NCBI RefSeq assembly: GCF_018350175.1 | Contig: NC_058379.1 | Location: 65,658,001-65,722,000 of the forward strand | DNA length: 64,000 nucleotides | Source of the DNA: Felis catus | Lineage: Eukaryota | Reading direction: 5' to 3' | Shown: piece by piece, positions 25,981 through 37,506 of the stretch | Position numbering within the stretch: the first letter of the stretch is position 1 | Layout of the letters: every line of letters begins with the position of its first letter | Notes under the pieces: model-generated | Seen by the model: the letters and a program-made list of their open reading frames with translations, nothing else | Told to the model about the DNA's origin: nothing | Databases searched by the model: none | Made by a program: the position numbers and the translations under genes

Positions 25981-26260
25981 CCCTTTATCTTCCCTGTGCC
26001 CCCCTCGTGTCCCTTTATCTTCCCTTTGCCCCCCATGTCCCTTTATCTTTCCTGTACCTCCATGTCCCTTTATCTTCCCTGTGCCCCTCTCATGTCCCTT
26101 TATCTTCCCTGTGCCCCCCGTGTCCCTTTATCTTTCCTGTACCCCCATGTCCCTTTATCTTCCGTGGGTCACCTGTATCCCTGGGCTTCTCTGTACCCCC
26201 CATGTCCCTTCATCTTCCCTGTACCCTGCTATGTCCCGTTATCTTCCATGTGCCCCCATG
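25981..26260. repeat. Minisatellite, 10 units of 26-30 bp (consensus CCCTTTATCTTCCCTGTGCCCCCCATGT)
   Basis: Units start at 25981, 26011, 26039, 26066, 26096, 26124, 26151, 26179, 26206 and 26235. Confidence 0.95.
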
Positions 26261-27352
26261 ACTGTATCATGTACTTATGGTATTCCCCACAATCCCATAT
26301 GCTTAGGAGATAATTAATAAACATCACTTGAACCAGATACATAACTAACCAAAGTTGAGTCTGAAATTCAGGTCTCCAAATTCCTAAAATCAAAATTTCC
26401 CTACACTATGCTTAAAGGCTCTTACCCATGGTTGGTTGACTTACTTATTTCAGTCATTGCCAAGTTCAAAGTCAGATTAAAAGCAATAAGGTAGCCCTTC
26501 TGTAATAATGGAAATACTAAAGATGGACAAATTAAAAGAAGAATTAATTTTTACAAGAATGTAAATATAAATGAATGCATACCTATGTTATATATGAGAG
26601 TGTGAATGTCTGGAAAGGTATATATATCCATACATATATGGAATGGGAGCACACGTATTTCAACAGAGCAATTACAACAAGAGAGGAAACAGTTTTCTTC
26701 TGGAAAGGGGTCGATGGTCTCTCATTGTAAACAAGAACTGCAGGTTTTTATAAGCAACATAGATTAGGCAACACACAATTTTAGAATAGTGCTTGGCACC
26801 TAGCAAGCATGACATGTTTTGTTCATTTTTATTATCAATGTTGTCTCAAGTCGTTTTTCCAGGAGTGGGAATGTGTTGTCTCCTGAATAGGAATTCACTC
26901 ACAGGGCCTCACTAGCTTTTATGGAGAACTAAAGTGCCATTCTCTCCTCACATCTTTGCTCTTGGGGACAGTGGTCAGAAGCCCTGTTGTAGCCCCAGAT
27001 GTGAAGGGTGAAAGACCTGGAACAGGGTGAATGACAAGCTTTTTCAAGCCATAAAATCTTCAAATGAAATTGCAGACAGGTAAATAAGTCAAGAGGACCC
27101 TCTTTCCCATTGTCCTCTGACCTTCCACTCGAGCCCCAGCAGCCCTAGCAGGGTACAGAGACTTCCAAGGCCCCCTGGCTCAGAGCAACACTGTACAAAA
27201 CCTTTCCTTTCTTCCAGTGACCCAGATTTACAGTTAGAAATTCTGAGGCAGGTCCCAATTCTGCCTTTTTCTAGCTTTATGGCCTTGTGAGATCCATTCT
27301 TCTAGTGTAATCTTAGTAATCTTGCCTAGAAAGTGGTCATTACATGTACTCC

Positions 27353-27546
27353 TTTTTTTAATGGTTGTTTATTTTGAGAGAGAGAGAAAGAGAGAGAGAG
27401 AGAATCAGAAAGAGGAAGAGAGAGAATCGCAAGCAGGTTCCATGCTGTCAGCACAGAGCCCAACTTAAGGCTCAGTCTCACCAACCATGAGATCACGACC
27501 TGAGCCGAAGTCGGACACTTAACCAACTGAGCCACCCAGACGCCCC
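27353..27546 (-). mobile_element. CanSINE (feline) inserted into a MIR
   Basis: SINE body on the minus strand; degenerate TSD gtactccttt / gtacttcttt; MIR-like flanks at about 27230-27300 and 27555-27640. Confidence 0.93.
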
Positions 27547-27907
27547 AGGTACTTCTTTCTTTGTGTAAAAAACAGTGTACATTCCCTTGTGGAGCGTGAG
27601 GATCACCAAATGCAAAGCAGGATGCGTAACAGTGAGATGTCTTGGTCTTAATAGTCTTCTTTGCTACTCTGATTATTTACAGAAGGCATTGAGGATTAGA
27701 AACAGTATTGTGCCCAGTGTCACAGATCCCAGGTTACCTACAGCTCCCTACATCGGTATTCTTCCCCTGGTCTCACTTGGATTACATTCTCGATGAGAAG
27801 GAGACATCTGTCTTTTGGTGGAGGTCATCACACACTCTAGAGCCAGAAGGACTGGGTTCAAGTCACAGCTCTCCCACCTGGCTTATAATAACCACTGTGT
27901 CTGTTAG

Positions 27908-27942
27908 CTACTACTACTATTACTATTACTATTATTACTATT
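27908..27942. repeat. (CTA/TTA)n trinucleotide microsatellite
   Basis: Read directly. Confidence 0.9.
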
Positions 27943-30012
27943 GTAGCTTTTAATTGTTTTTCTAGGACTATGAATGGACTCTCTCTTGTGTGCTCAGAAC
28001 ACATAAGCTGTACGCTTAGCCAATGTAGAGTTGCAACTGGGCTGGATTATCCCATAAACAGACTAAGCACGTACACCCAAGCAAAGGAACCAAAAAAATA
28101 ACTTCAATAAACTTCAATAAACCATGTTTTGTAATTAGAAAATTTCACCAGCAAGGGTAGAGTGAGTATAACTATATGTTTTAGTGTTTCCTTTCCAAAG
28201 GACTTACCATGAAGCAGAGTGCCCCAGAGGGGAAAACAGAGCACAGCTGCCTCCCCAGTCAGTAGTCTGAACCCAGCACCTCAGCCAGGCTTTGCCAGCC
28301 CCACTGGTCTGCCCCCTGTGCTCACTAGCCATAGCAGTCACCTCAATCACATTGCCCTTTCTGGATTTAGCCCCCCACTTGACCCAGCGGCCTCTTTCTT
28401 GGCTTCTCTCCACATGTGTTCTCCTCCCCTTCGGTTTCCTAAGTGTGTGCAGCTAGATCAGCTGCAGGAAAGGTTGTGATGAAGTCAGACTCAGATCTGT
28501 CCACCCAGGTGCTACCAGGTCTGGAAGTCACTCTTGACAATCACAGAGACAAAGGCACTAGCATAGTTCATGCGAGGACCCCTCTGTCACCACTACCATC
28601 TATAGCAAAAATAGAAATATGCAAAGTGGTTCTCAGCAAAGTGTGAGCCAGAGAATTGTCTCTCACTTTCTACCTTCGCTTTTGGAGTCCTTCTTATTCC
28701 TTTAGTGCCTTCCCCTCTCCCACCACCCACTGGCTGTCCTCTGGCTGCCCAGGGGAACTAGCTGCAGCTTTCTGCCTGGGACATATCTCCACCTCCCCAA
28801 GACCTGAGACTGACTCTGTATCCTGTTTACCCCTCTCCACACATACCTGGTGCGTGTCTCTCATCATTGGGAGAATTGGCTCAGCTGGTATCTGGTAGAA
28901 TATTTATGGATACAAAAGCATTTATGGTGACTGATGGATTCCATCTGCTTCATCAGAGTGGTCTATGCACTTCAGAATGGAACAGAGTTTATATATAAAG
29001 GTAGGATGTCAGGCCAAATACTGGGCCAGTGGGAAAGCAGCTTAAGGACAAAGGCTGGTACTTGCTGGTATCCTTTCAAATACCAGGGCATGCTGAGGCC
29101 CTGCAAGAGGAGTGTGGAAAGAAATCTGTCAGAATCACAGCTCCATTTGGGTAAGGGGCAGGGAACCAGTTATCCAGCAGCATGTAAACAGAAAAAGGTG
29201 TTTCTTTGACTGGAAATTTTCACTTGTGTTTTTATATTGTGGATTTGTAGCTCTGAGATTTTCAGTATTGTTAAAACTGAATGTTAAAACTATGAGGGAC
29301 TTGGGAGATTTTGTAACCCAGATTACTCATTTTGCAGATGCAAAAACAAGAACCCAGAAAAGAGACATGACTTGACCAAGGTCTCACAGTGAGATGGTGC
29401 CCTGTGTGTTTGAGGGAAATTACCAAGATTTCACAAATGTAAAATGAAGTAAGGTTTCTTCTACATTATGGAAAGAATGGGGCTACTTGCCTCAATATAT
29501 CCTTCTCCTTGGTTTTTGGGTTCTCAGAAACCAGCTGAATCTGGTATACACAAGAGCAAGAAGAAACTGCACTTGAAGAATTACCATCTTTGGATGTGAG
29601 GGATTATCTGGCTGTGGAATCTGTCACGCCATTGATCACCAGGGTTCATTTGGCTGATGTGACTGGCTAGACAGGTGTCCCCTTCTTCTCTTTCCACTCC
29701 AAGTGTACCCCTGCCAAAGCTGCATGCTCAGTGGAGTACAGTCTTCCCTGGTGGAGAAGAATCGGTCTTTGGTCAAGAACACATGAGTAGCTGTGCTCTC
29801 CTGCTAGAATCTCCAAACAAGCTCTCAAGGTCCATTTATAGGNNNNNNNNNNNNNNNNNNNNNNNNNNNNNNNNNNNNNNNNNNNNNNNNNNNNNNNNNN
29901 NNNNNNNNNNNNNNNNNNNNNNNNNNNNNNNNNNNNNNNNNNNNNNNNNNNNNNNNNNNNNNNNNNNNNNNNNNNNNNNNNNNNNNNNNNNNNNNNNNNN
30001 NNNNNNNNNNNN

Positions 30013-31029
30013 CTTACATACAACACCCAGTGCTCATCCCAACAAGTACCCTCCTCAATGCCCATCACCCACTTTCCCCTCTCCCCCACCCCCATCAACC
30101 CTCAGTTTTTTCTCTGTATTTACGAGTCTCTTATGGTTTGCCTCCCTCTCTCTCTGTAACTATTTTTCCCCTTCCCTTCCCCCATGGTCTTCTGTTAAGT
30201 TTCTCAAGATCCACATATGAGTGAAAACATATGATATCTTTCTCTGACTGACTGACNNNNNNNNNNNNNNNNNNNNNNNNNNNNNNNNNNNNNNNNNNNN
30301 NNNNNNNNNNNNNNNNNNNNNNNNNNNNNNNNNNNNNNNNNNNNNNNNNNNNNNNNNNNNNNNNNNNNNNNNNNNNNNNNNNNNNNNNNNNNNNNNNNAT
30401 AATTTGACTATTGTTGAAAGCATTGCTGTAAACATAGGGGTACATGTGCCCCTATGCATCAGCACTCCTGTATCCTGTGGGTAAATNNNNNNNNNNNNNN
30501 NNNNNNNNNNNNNNNNNNNNNNNNNNNNNNNNNNNNNNNNNNNNNNNNNNNNNNNNNNNNNNNNNNNNNNNNNNNNNNNNNNNNNNNNNNNNNNNNNNNN
30601 NNNNNNNNNNNNNNNNNNNNNNNNNNNNNNNNNNNNNNNNNNNNNNNNNNNNTTCATTTTAGCCACTCTGACCGGTGTGAGGTGGTATCTCAGTGTGGCT
30701 TTGATTTGTATTTTCCTGGTGATGAGCGACGTTGAGCATCGTTTCATGTGTCTGTTGGCCATCTGGATATCTTCTTTGGAAAAGTGTCTATTCATGTCTT
30801 CTGTCCATTTCTTCACTGGATTATTTGTTTTTCAGGTGTGGAGTTTGGTAAGTTCTTTATAGATTTTGGATACTAGCCCTTTATATGATATGTCATTTGC
30901 AAATATCTTTTCCCATTCCTTTGGTTGCCTTTTAGTTTTGTTGATTATTTCCTTTGCAGTGCAGAAGCTTCTTATCTTGATGAGGTCCCAACAGTTCATC
31001 TTTGCTTTTAATTCCCTTGCCTTTGGAGA
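30013..31029 (-). mobile_element. 5'-truncated felid/carnivore L1 (ORF2 C-terminus plus 3'UTR); 3' end hidden in N block 29843-30012
   Basis: Minus-strand translation [14 protein letters not shown]...EWEKIFAN...[30 protein letters not shown]...RYHLTPVR...TCTPMF is canonical L1 ORF2; in-frame TGA at 30832-30834 inactivates it. Confidence 0.97.
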
Positions 31030-31146
31030 ACACCTTTCAATTTTAAATAGCAAATTGCTTTAACAGTGAGCAAGTATGCTGGAACATCATGCCATCCTGT
31101 GGTTTGACATTTTAGTGACCTTGTGACCTCACAAAGGTCACTGTCC

Positions 31147-31325
31147 CATTGGTATGCTGGAGCTGGCTCACACCAAGCCAACTGTGCTCATCTTTCTCCA
31201 ATTCCAATTTCAGTAACTTCATGTTGGTAGCTTGAAATTGGTCATGATGGAAGTATTTACACCATGGAAATCAGCAAATGCTACAGATCAGAGCTTTTTA
31301 TTGATGTTGCACTGGTTCATCAGCT
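31147..31325. mobile_element. hAT-Blackjack MITE, MER63-like
   Basis: gttggtagcttgaaattggtcatgatggaagtatttacaccatggaaatcagcaaatgctaca matches recalled MER63A. Confidence 0.8.
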
Positions 31326-32812
31326 TTCTCCTTTCCCAGGGCCCCTACTTACCCTGCTCTCAGAGGCAATCTTGGCTCAGCCTACTTCTGGCTCCCAAGT
31401 TGAGGAATTGTAATCAGAACAAAGTGGCAGCTCTTTATCTGGAAAAAGAGACACTGAAGATTTAATCCTCTTTTTGATTAATGAAAGGCAAATGTTAGGC
31501 TCACTGGTTGACACCTTGGATCAGAAACATCTGGGTTCCTGTGACCCTTCATGTCCTCTGGTGCTCTGTACACACTCATTCCTCAATCCTACTATGGGGA
31601 CACAGGAGGTCAGGAACAACAGATACATCCTTCAAGCAGATTTAACCAGGGAGACATGGAGAGACATATTCTGATGCTGTCCCTTTACCTGAATAAAGGT
31701 CTTATGAACAGTGCTAAAGAGCAAGTTCTCCCAAAAGAGTGACATCCTTATGCATATGGTTATTCATTTCCTTTGAATGTATACTTTGGTTTGTTGCAGT
31801 TGAATTTCATGACATTAGAATATATAGAAGAGGCATAAGTTGAGGGTGGCAGTGTGGGAGGGAAAAAAAGACTTAAAATAACAGCCATATCTTTGCTTAC
31901 CAAGAGCTAAGAAACCTCGGTCTCTGGGATTCATTGTTAGTTTTTCCCTGGGTATAAATTCCTAGGAGTCAGAGACTGAGATGTGGGTAGAGTTGATGAC
32001 TGCTTCAATGGCAAGGTTTAAGGAAAGACCCATCACATTAGGCATATGACTTTATAATGTTTCCCTTGTTAAGCATTTGGGAAGTCAGGTTTATTTCCAT
32101 TTAACAATTAGTGAAACTGTGCAAATGTCAAACCCAGAAAGGTTTTCGGCCTCCAGTGTTGACAGCATAAAGGAAAGGCCATGTGGACAAGAGAGATATA
32201 ATGAGCAAGTGGAAGGGGCTTAAGACAAATCTCAGATTCCTCGTAACTCTGCTTTGATTTGGCTTAACCCCTTACTTCTCTCACACCGAAGAGAAATTTG
32301 TCCTACTGGACATTGAAGGGTTTCAAATGATGTTAATAGCCAGTAAATACCAAAGATCTTAACCATCCAACTAAATTAAATCTTTCCTAAAAAATTTGGT
32401 CATTCAACAGTATAATGGCAAGCCTTAAGACTCAGGAACCATCTTCAGCCAAGAAAAATCCAAGCAGCAACTTGGGATGTTGTAATGGGGGTTCCTGAAT
32501 GAGTGACTGCAACCAGCTCCTCTGGAGAGGCTAAGATTCTCTGTTAGGCAAAAGTAATTATTTTGTATTAGTCTTAGTCAACATGGGAAAAAACAAATAA
32601 ATACTGTCACTGCTCATCTTTTCAGAGGGTATCCCCTCTATACATCCTCTCTTTGTTTCCCCTACCATATAAAAATAAATTGGGCCTGATCACCTGGACC
32701 AGAAAGATGGGGGTAATTCAATCTCTGATGAAGACTCGGTTTCCAGCTTTCTCATCTAGTATCCTTCTACCTACCCACTCCTCTTTGAAGCTAAACAAAA
32801 GGAGAACTGGCT

Positions 32813-33036
32813 GGGGTGCCTTGGTGGCTCAGTCAGTTAAGTGCCTGACTTCAGCTCAGGTCTTAATCTTACACTTCGTGGGTTTGAGCCCCGTGTCGGG
32901 CTCTGTGCTGACAGCTCATAGCTGGGAGCCTGCTTTAGATTCTGTGTCTCCCTCTCTCCCTCTCACTCTCTCTCCCCCTCCCCCACTCATGTTCTGTATC
33001 TCTCAAAAATTGAATAAACATTAAAAAAAATTAAAA
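32813..33036 (+). mobile_element. CanSINE (feline)
   Basis: ggggtgccttggtggctcagtcagttaag head, (CT)n tract, aataaacattaaaaaaaa tail. Confidence 0.94.
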
Positions 33037-35224
33037 CAGTAACAACAAAAACAAAACCCCCAAAGGATAGTTGGTCTTTTCTGTCTATCTTAGGAAGTAA
33101 TTTTTCAAACTAGTTCACATATAGAATTTAATGTGATGCCCAACACAAGTACATTTGCATTTTAAAGGTGGTCATAGGAAAATGTAAGGCTAATAAAAAG
33201 AAATATCATACACTTAATGGTGAAATCTCAGGATCCAGGGATCCAAGATGGGTATTTAAAATATAGTTGGGTTGGCTGAAGGACAGTGTTCCAGTGGAGG
33301 ATAAGCTAAGATTTATATGTATATATGTTTTATGCTAGGAACATTGTTTTGGGGCATTGTTCATAGTGCTTTTATTTAATCTCTTTTAACATAAAAGTAC
33401 TCTGTGAGTATGTATGTGTGTGTGTTACACACATATATAACATATTTAATATATGAACTTGCTCCAGATCATATTTTCATTATTAAACACCTGTTATACA
33501 CCAGGCACAGTGCCAAACTCTGAGACACGTTTGGAAGCAGACGCAGTGACTTTTTGTGAAGCCCACAGTCTAGTGCATATACCTTCTAAAAGTCCTAGCC
33601 AGAACTGAATGCAAGACTCAACAAGTCCAGTTCTTTCTACTATGTTATTAACTGTTTCCCAGAGAAGTTGTAAGAAATGGCAAAAGCTTATATTGGTAGA
33701 TTTCTGCCCCCAGAGTCACCCCTGGATTGCACCAGATCAGCAATGACACCATGGACCAAGAACTGTTCACTCCAGGCCAAGGCATCATCTCTGATTGGCA
33801 CTGGGGGAAGGACCTGATGCTTTCTCCAACTTTCCCTTCCCTCTTCTTGATACACATTCTTTCCTCACATCCTGTGCTAGGAGACACATAGGAGATAACA
33901 ATGGTGTTAACTGTTTCATGGAAAAGAGGTTTAAAGGTTGAACACACAGTGAGAATGCAAGGTCCTGGATGTTTAGCCGCTACCTCAACTACTCCCCAAG
34001 GACACTGTTTCCTTTTTTTCTGGGATCCCCCAGAAACCTGCAGGAAAATCAGCCACAGAGAAAGATTCAGGCAGGCCTGAGCAATGAAGGCTGGTGAGGA
34101 AGTGAATCCAGGCAACTCTATCATCTGCTCCGTGGGAGAGGAGACTGGTGAGCTCAGANNNNNNNNNNNNNNNNNNNNNNNNNNNNNNNNNNNNNNNNNN
34201 NNNNNNNNNNNNNNNNNNNNNNNNNNNNNNNNNNNNNNNNNNNNNNNNNNNNNNNNNNNNNNNNNNNNNNNNNNNNNNNNNNNNNNNNNNNNNNNNNNNN
34301 NNNNNNNNNNNNNNNNNNNNNNNNNNNNNNACAGGGTAACTACTGATGAAATTTGTGCAGGTCTGTGCAATAGCAGTGCTTCTGAGCTGGACCCCCCAAA
34401 AGAGTACACTTCATGCAGGACCCATCAATCTGGCTGGAGAAAGGAAAGCTTGGAAATAGCATATTATCTTGAGAAATCACTCCCAGAAGGGAGCAAAAAG
34501 TTCACAAGGAGAATGCCAGGGAGGGGGAGAGAAAGGGGGACTGGAACACTGTCATCAGAAGCAGCTGGAATTGGANNNNNNNNNNNNNNNNNNNNNNNNN
34601 NNNNNNNNNNNNNNNNNNNNNNNNNNNNNNNNNNNNNNNNNNNNNNNNNNNNNNNNNNNNNNNNNNNNNNNNNNNNNNNNNNNNNNNNNNNNNNNNNNNN
34701 NNNNNNNNNNNNNNNNNNNNNNNNNNNNNNNTCCGATTGCCAATGGCTTGGTTGGGGGAAGACAGGCCAGAGAGATGGGGCTGATGGAATAATCTGTTGT
34801 AGCAAAAGCAAACAACACCCCAAAGGTAAAGAGGCTCTGCATCATGGTTTGGTAGTGTAGACACACATTTTCTCAATGTTAATCAAAAAATTTTAATCCT
34901 GTAGCCCTGAAATCTCTTCTACCTCAGTTTCCACAACCAAGGACCCAACCTCTCTTTCCCACATAATTCCCCTTATACCCTTATGTTCACCAAATTAGAT
35001 GACTCAAACATGCTTAGTTCTTTCATGCTCCATAGGTCAGGAGTTTCTTCTATCTAGGATCCCATCCTTCTCTCTTCCATCTCTCCAAACTTTATTATAC
35101 TTCAAAGACCATTTCAAATTCCACCCCAGTGTGGTGTTCAACTACAATTAAGACCCTCTCCTAAGACTTTTTCACCCACATAATACCTAGCCCCACTCTG
35201 TGTTAGTCTCATCTAGTAACATTA

Positions 35225-35425
35225 ATAATATGTATTGATCCCAACACCATGCTAAACTAGTTTAGTCCCTATATAATCTATTTAGTGAATAAACAGTGAC
35301 ATTATTTTATCCTTTTTGCAGAGAAATGAACTGAGGCTTAGCTAGGTAAAAATACTTATCTGTAATTACACATATGGGCAGAGCCTGGATATAAAATTCA
35401 GTCCTTCTGATTTGAAATACTCTGC
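35225..35425 (-). mobile_element. MIR
   Basis: attattttatcctttttgcagagaaatgaactgaggcttag core. Confidence 0.7.
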
Positions 35426-36147
35426 TGTTCACCCCTGTGCTTTTCTACTTAATGTTTGCTTATTGAGGAGGAATTTTTTTGTTTGTCTATTGAGGAGGAA
35501 CTGATGAATGCCCATTTTGCAGATCTAGCCAGAGAAGATGTTCAAAAAGCAGTTGTAAGTAATGGCATTTTCATTATTCAGTGCATATATTCCAAATACT
35601 AAACCCTCCACTGCTTACTTTCCAAGTAAATTTATTCATGAGTATGAATGCTGGAATAAAGTTTTCAGAAGAACATGGGACTAGGTTATCTGGTCTAGAG
35701 TTAAATATTCTTGAAAAGAAGTGGAAAGGTATTACTTTCTTAGATAAGACCTTGACTGTGAACTAGAGATTCAAAAATTAATTGTTATGAACAATTAACT
35801 TTTTCTACCAGATAACAAAATTTCTACAGTATAATCATAGAGTCAGAGCACACTAGATAGGGCTGAAAATGGCCCTAAGGGCAGCTCCTTTTTGTCTTAG
35901 ATGAGAAAATCTAAGATGTGGACTAAGAACAGACCTTATTCTTGGTCATTCAGGTAGTTACTATTAGTCCTGGCATTGTTTAAGTGTGCAGACTAGGAGA
36001 ACAGCCCACAAAGGAGACATTGAACACTGGTGTTATCTAGTGCTTCTCAAACTTCAGGGCCTGTGTTTCTAGCAAGCTCACAGATGATGCCCATGCAAAT
36101 GGTCCATGAGTTAACTATACCTTAGGTAGCCAGGAGCTAATCTAGAC

Positions 36148-36449
36148 CAGCACTATCCAATAGAAATATAATGGAAGCCACCTGTATCATTTCAAATTTT
36201 CCAGCTACCACATTTTAAAAAGAAAAGAAAAAGGTAAAATTAATTTTAATAATATTTATTGAATCTAATATATACACAATATTATTATTTCAACATGTAA
36301 GCAAGAGAAAATATATGCTTTACATTTTTTTCATACTAAGTCTTCAAAACCCAGTATGTAGTTTAAATTTACAGCACAATTTAGACAATTCACGTTTTAA
36401 ATGCTCAATAGACACCTGTGGCCAGTGGCTACCAAATTAGACAGCACAG
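36148..36449. mobile_element. hAT-Charlie MITE, MER33-like, full length
   Basis: cagcactatccaatagaaatataatg ... gtggctaccaaattagacagcacag; 8-bp TSD atctagac / ctctatac resembles the Charlie target NTCTAGAN; a MER5A-like remnant lies just upstream (about 36038-36135). Confidence 0.88.
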
Positions 36450-37089
36450 CTCTATACCACACTGGTGTCACTTGTAGACTATCTTGTGGAGTTTATGTCA
36501 TTTTGTAAAAGTCTTGAAACCCAACTAGGCCAGCTCATCCCACAACAGAGCTCATTTCTGTGTATGTCCTGTGACATCTTGCCCAGGTCTGGGCACATAC
36601 ACATGCCATCCATGGAAACTTACTGATTTCTGCTCACCCTGATCTCTTATGAAGAGACAGCAGCATTTCCCAGCATCTTCATACATTTATATTGTTCAGC
36701 TCAGGGCTCTCTGGTTCCTGCATTGTGTATGACATTAGACAAGGTGACTTCCAAGCTTCTTTCTTCTTGCAAGAGTCTCTGCTTTTATCCCTTCCAGCAT
36801 TAATGGCAGCCATTGTCTCAGACACCCTCTTAGCCTCTCCTATATCCCTCACTCATTTCCCCTCTTAAAAACTCATTAATCACCCTCACACTCCCTCTGG
36901 AGCCAACTTCGGCAACTCTCAGATTTAAAGCCTTATGCGGAAAACTGGAGTCTAATAGAGGACAGTTGGGGGCATTATATCAGATGCTCCTGTTTCTGCC
37001 TGCCCTCAGAAGCCAGTCTTGTGTTTATATATGGCCCCAAGAAAAATGGCCTATGGTCAAAGCAATAAGAGTCTGAGGAAGAGTAGTAT

Positions 37090-37280
37090 GTACTGTAGCC
37101 AGTAAGTGCACTGGCTCTGGGATCAGACAGCCTAAGATCAAATATTAAGTTCAGCATGAGGGATATGTAAATTCTCCAAAGTTCAGTGCCTCCTAAGAGC
37201 TATGAGGTTAAATGAGATAACCCAAGTAAAGGACTTAAAACAGTGCCCCTACGTATTCATGCTCAGTAAGTGGCAGGTGT
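37090..37280 (+). mobile_element. MIR (internally deleted)
   Basis: ggctctgggatcagacagcct...tgaggttaaatgagataa...cttaaaacagtgcc...gctcagtaagtgg. Confidence 0.7.
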
Positions 37281-37294
37281 CTATTGAAGCTGGG

Positions 37295-37506
37295 TTTTTT
37301 TTAAGTTTATTTATTTTGAGAGAGAAAGAGAATGCACGCACATGCAAACAGGGGAGGGGCAGAAGGAGAGGGAGAGGTAAGAACCTTAAGCAGACTCCAC
37401 ACCTAACTCAGAGCCCAACACAGGCCTGATCTCATGACCAAAAGATCATGACCTGAACGGAAATCAAGAGTCGAAGGCTTAACTGCCTGAGCCACCCAAG
37501 CACCCC
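37295..37506 (-). mobile_element. CanSINE (older copy)
   Basis: tttatttattttgagagag...gatcatgacctgaacggaaatcaagagtcg...ctgagccacccaagcacccc. Confidence 0.92.

Noticed and set aside
25981-26260. CRISPR-like periodicity
   Set aside because: Head-to-tail units with no unique spacers; mammalian context and no cas genes
25740-26317. Pro/Cys-rich ORFs in all three plus frames
   Set aside because: By-product of the pyrimidine-rich minisatellite; unit lengths shift the frame
30160-31053. L1 ORF2 as an active or domesticated gene
   Set aside because: 5'-truncated, lacks the EN and RT domains, and has an in-frame stop
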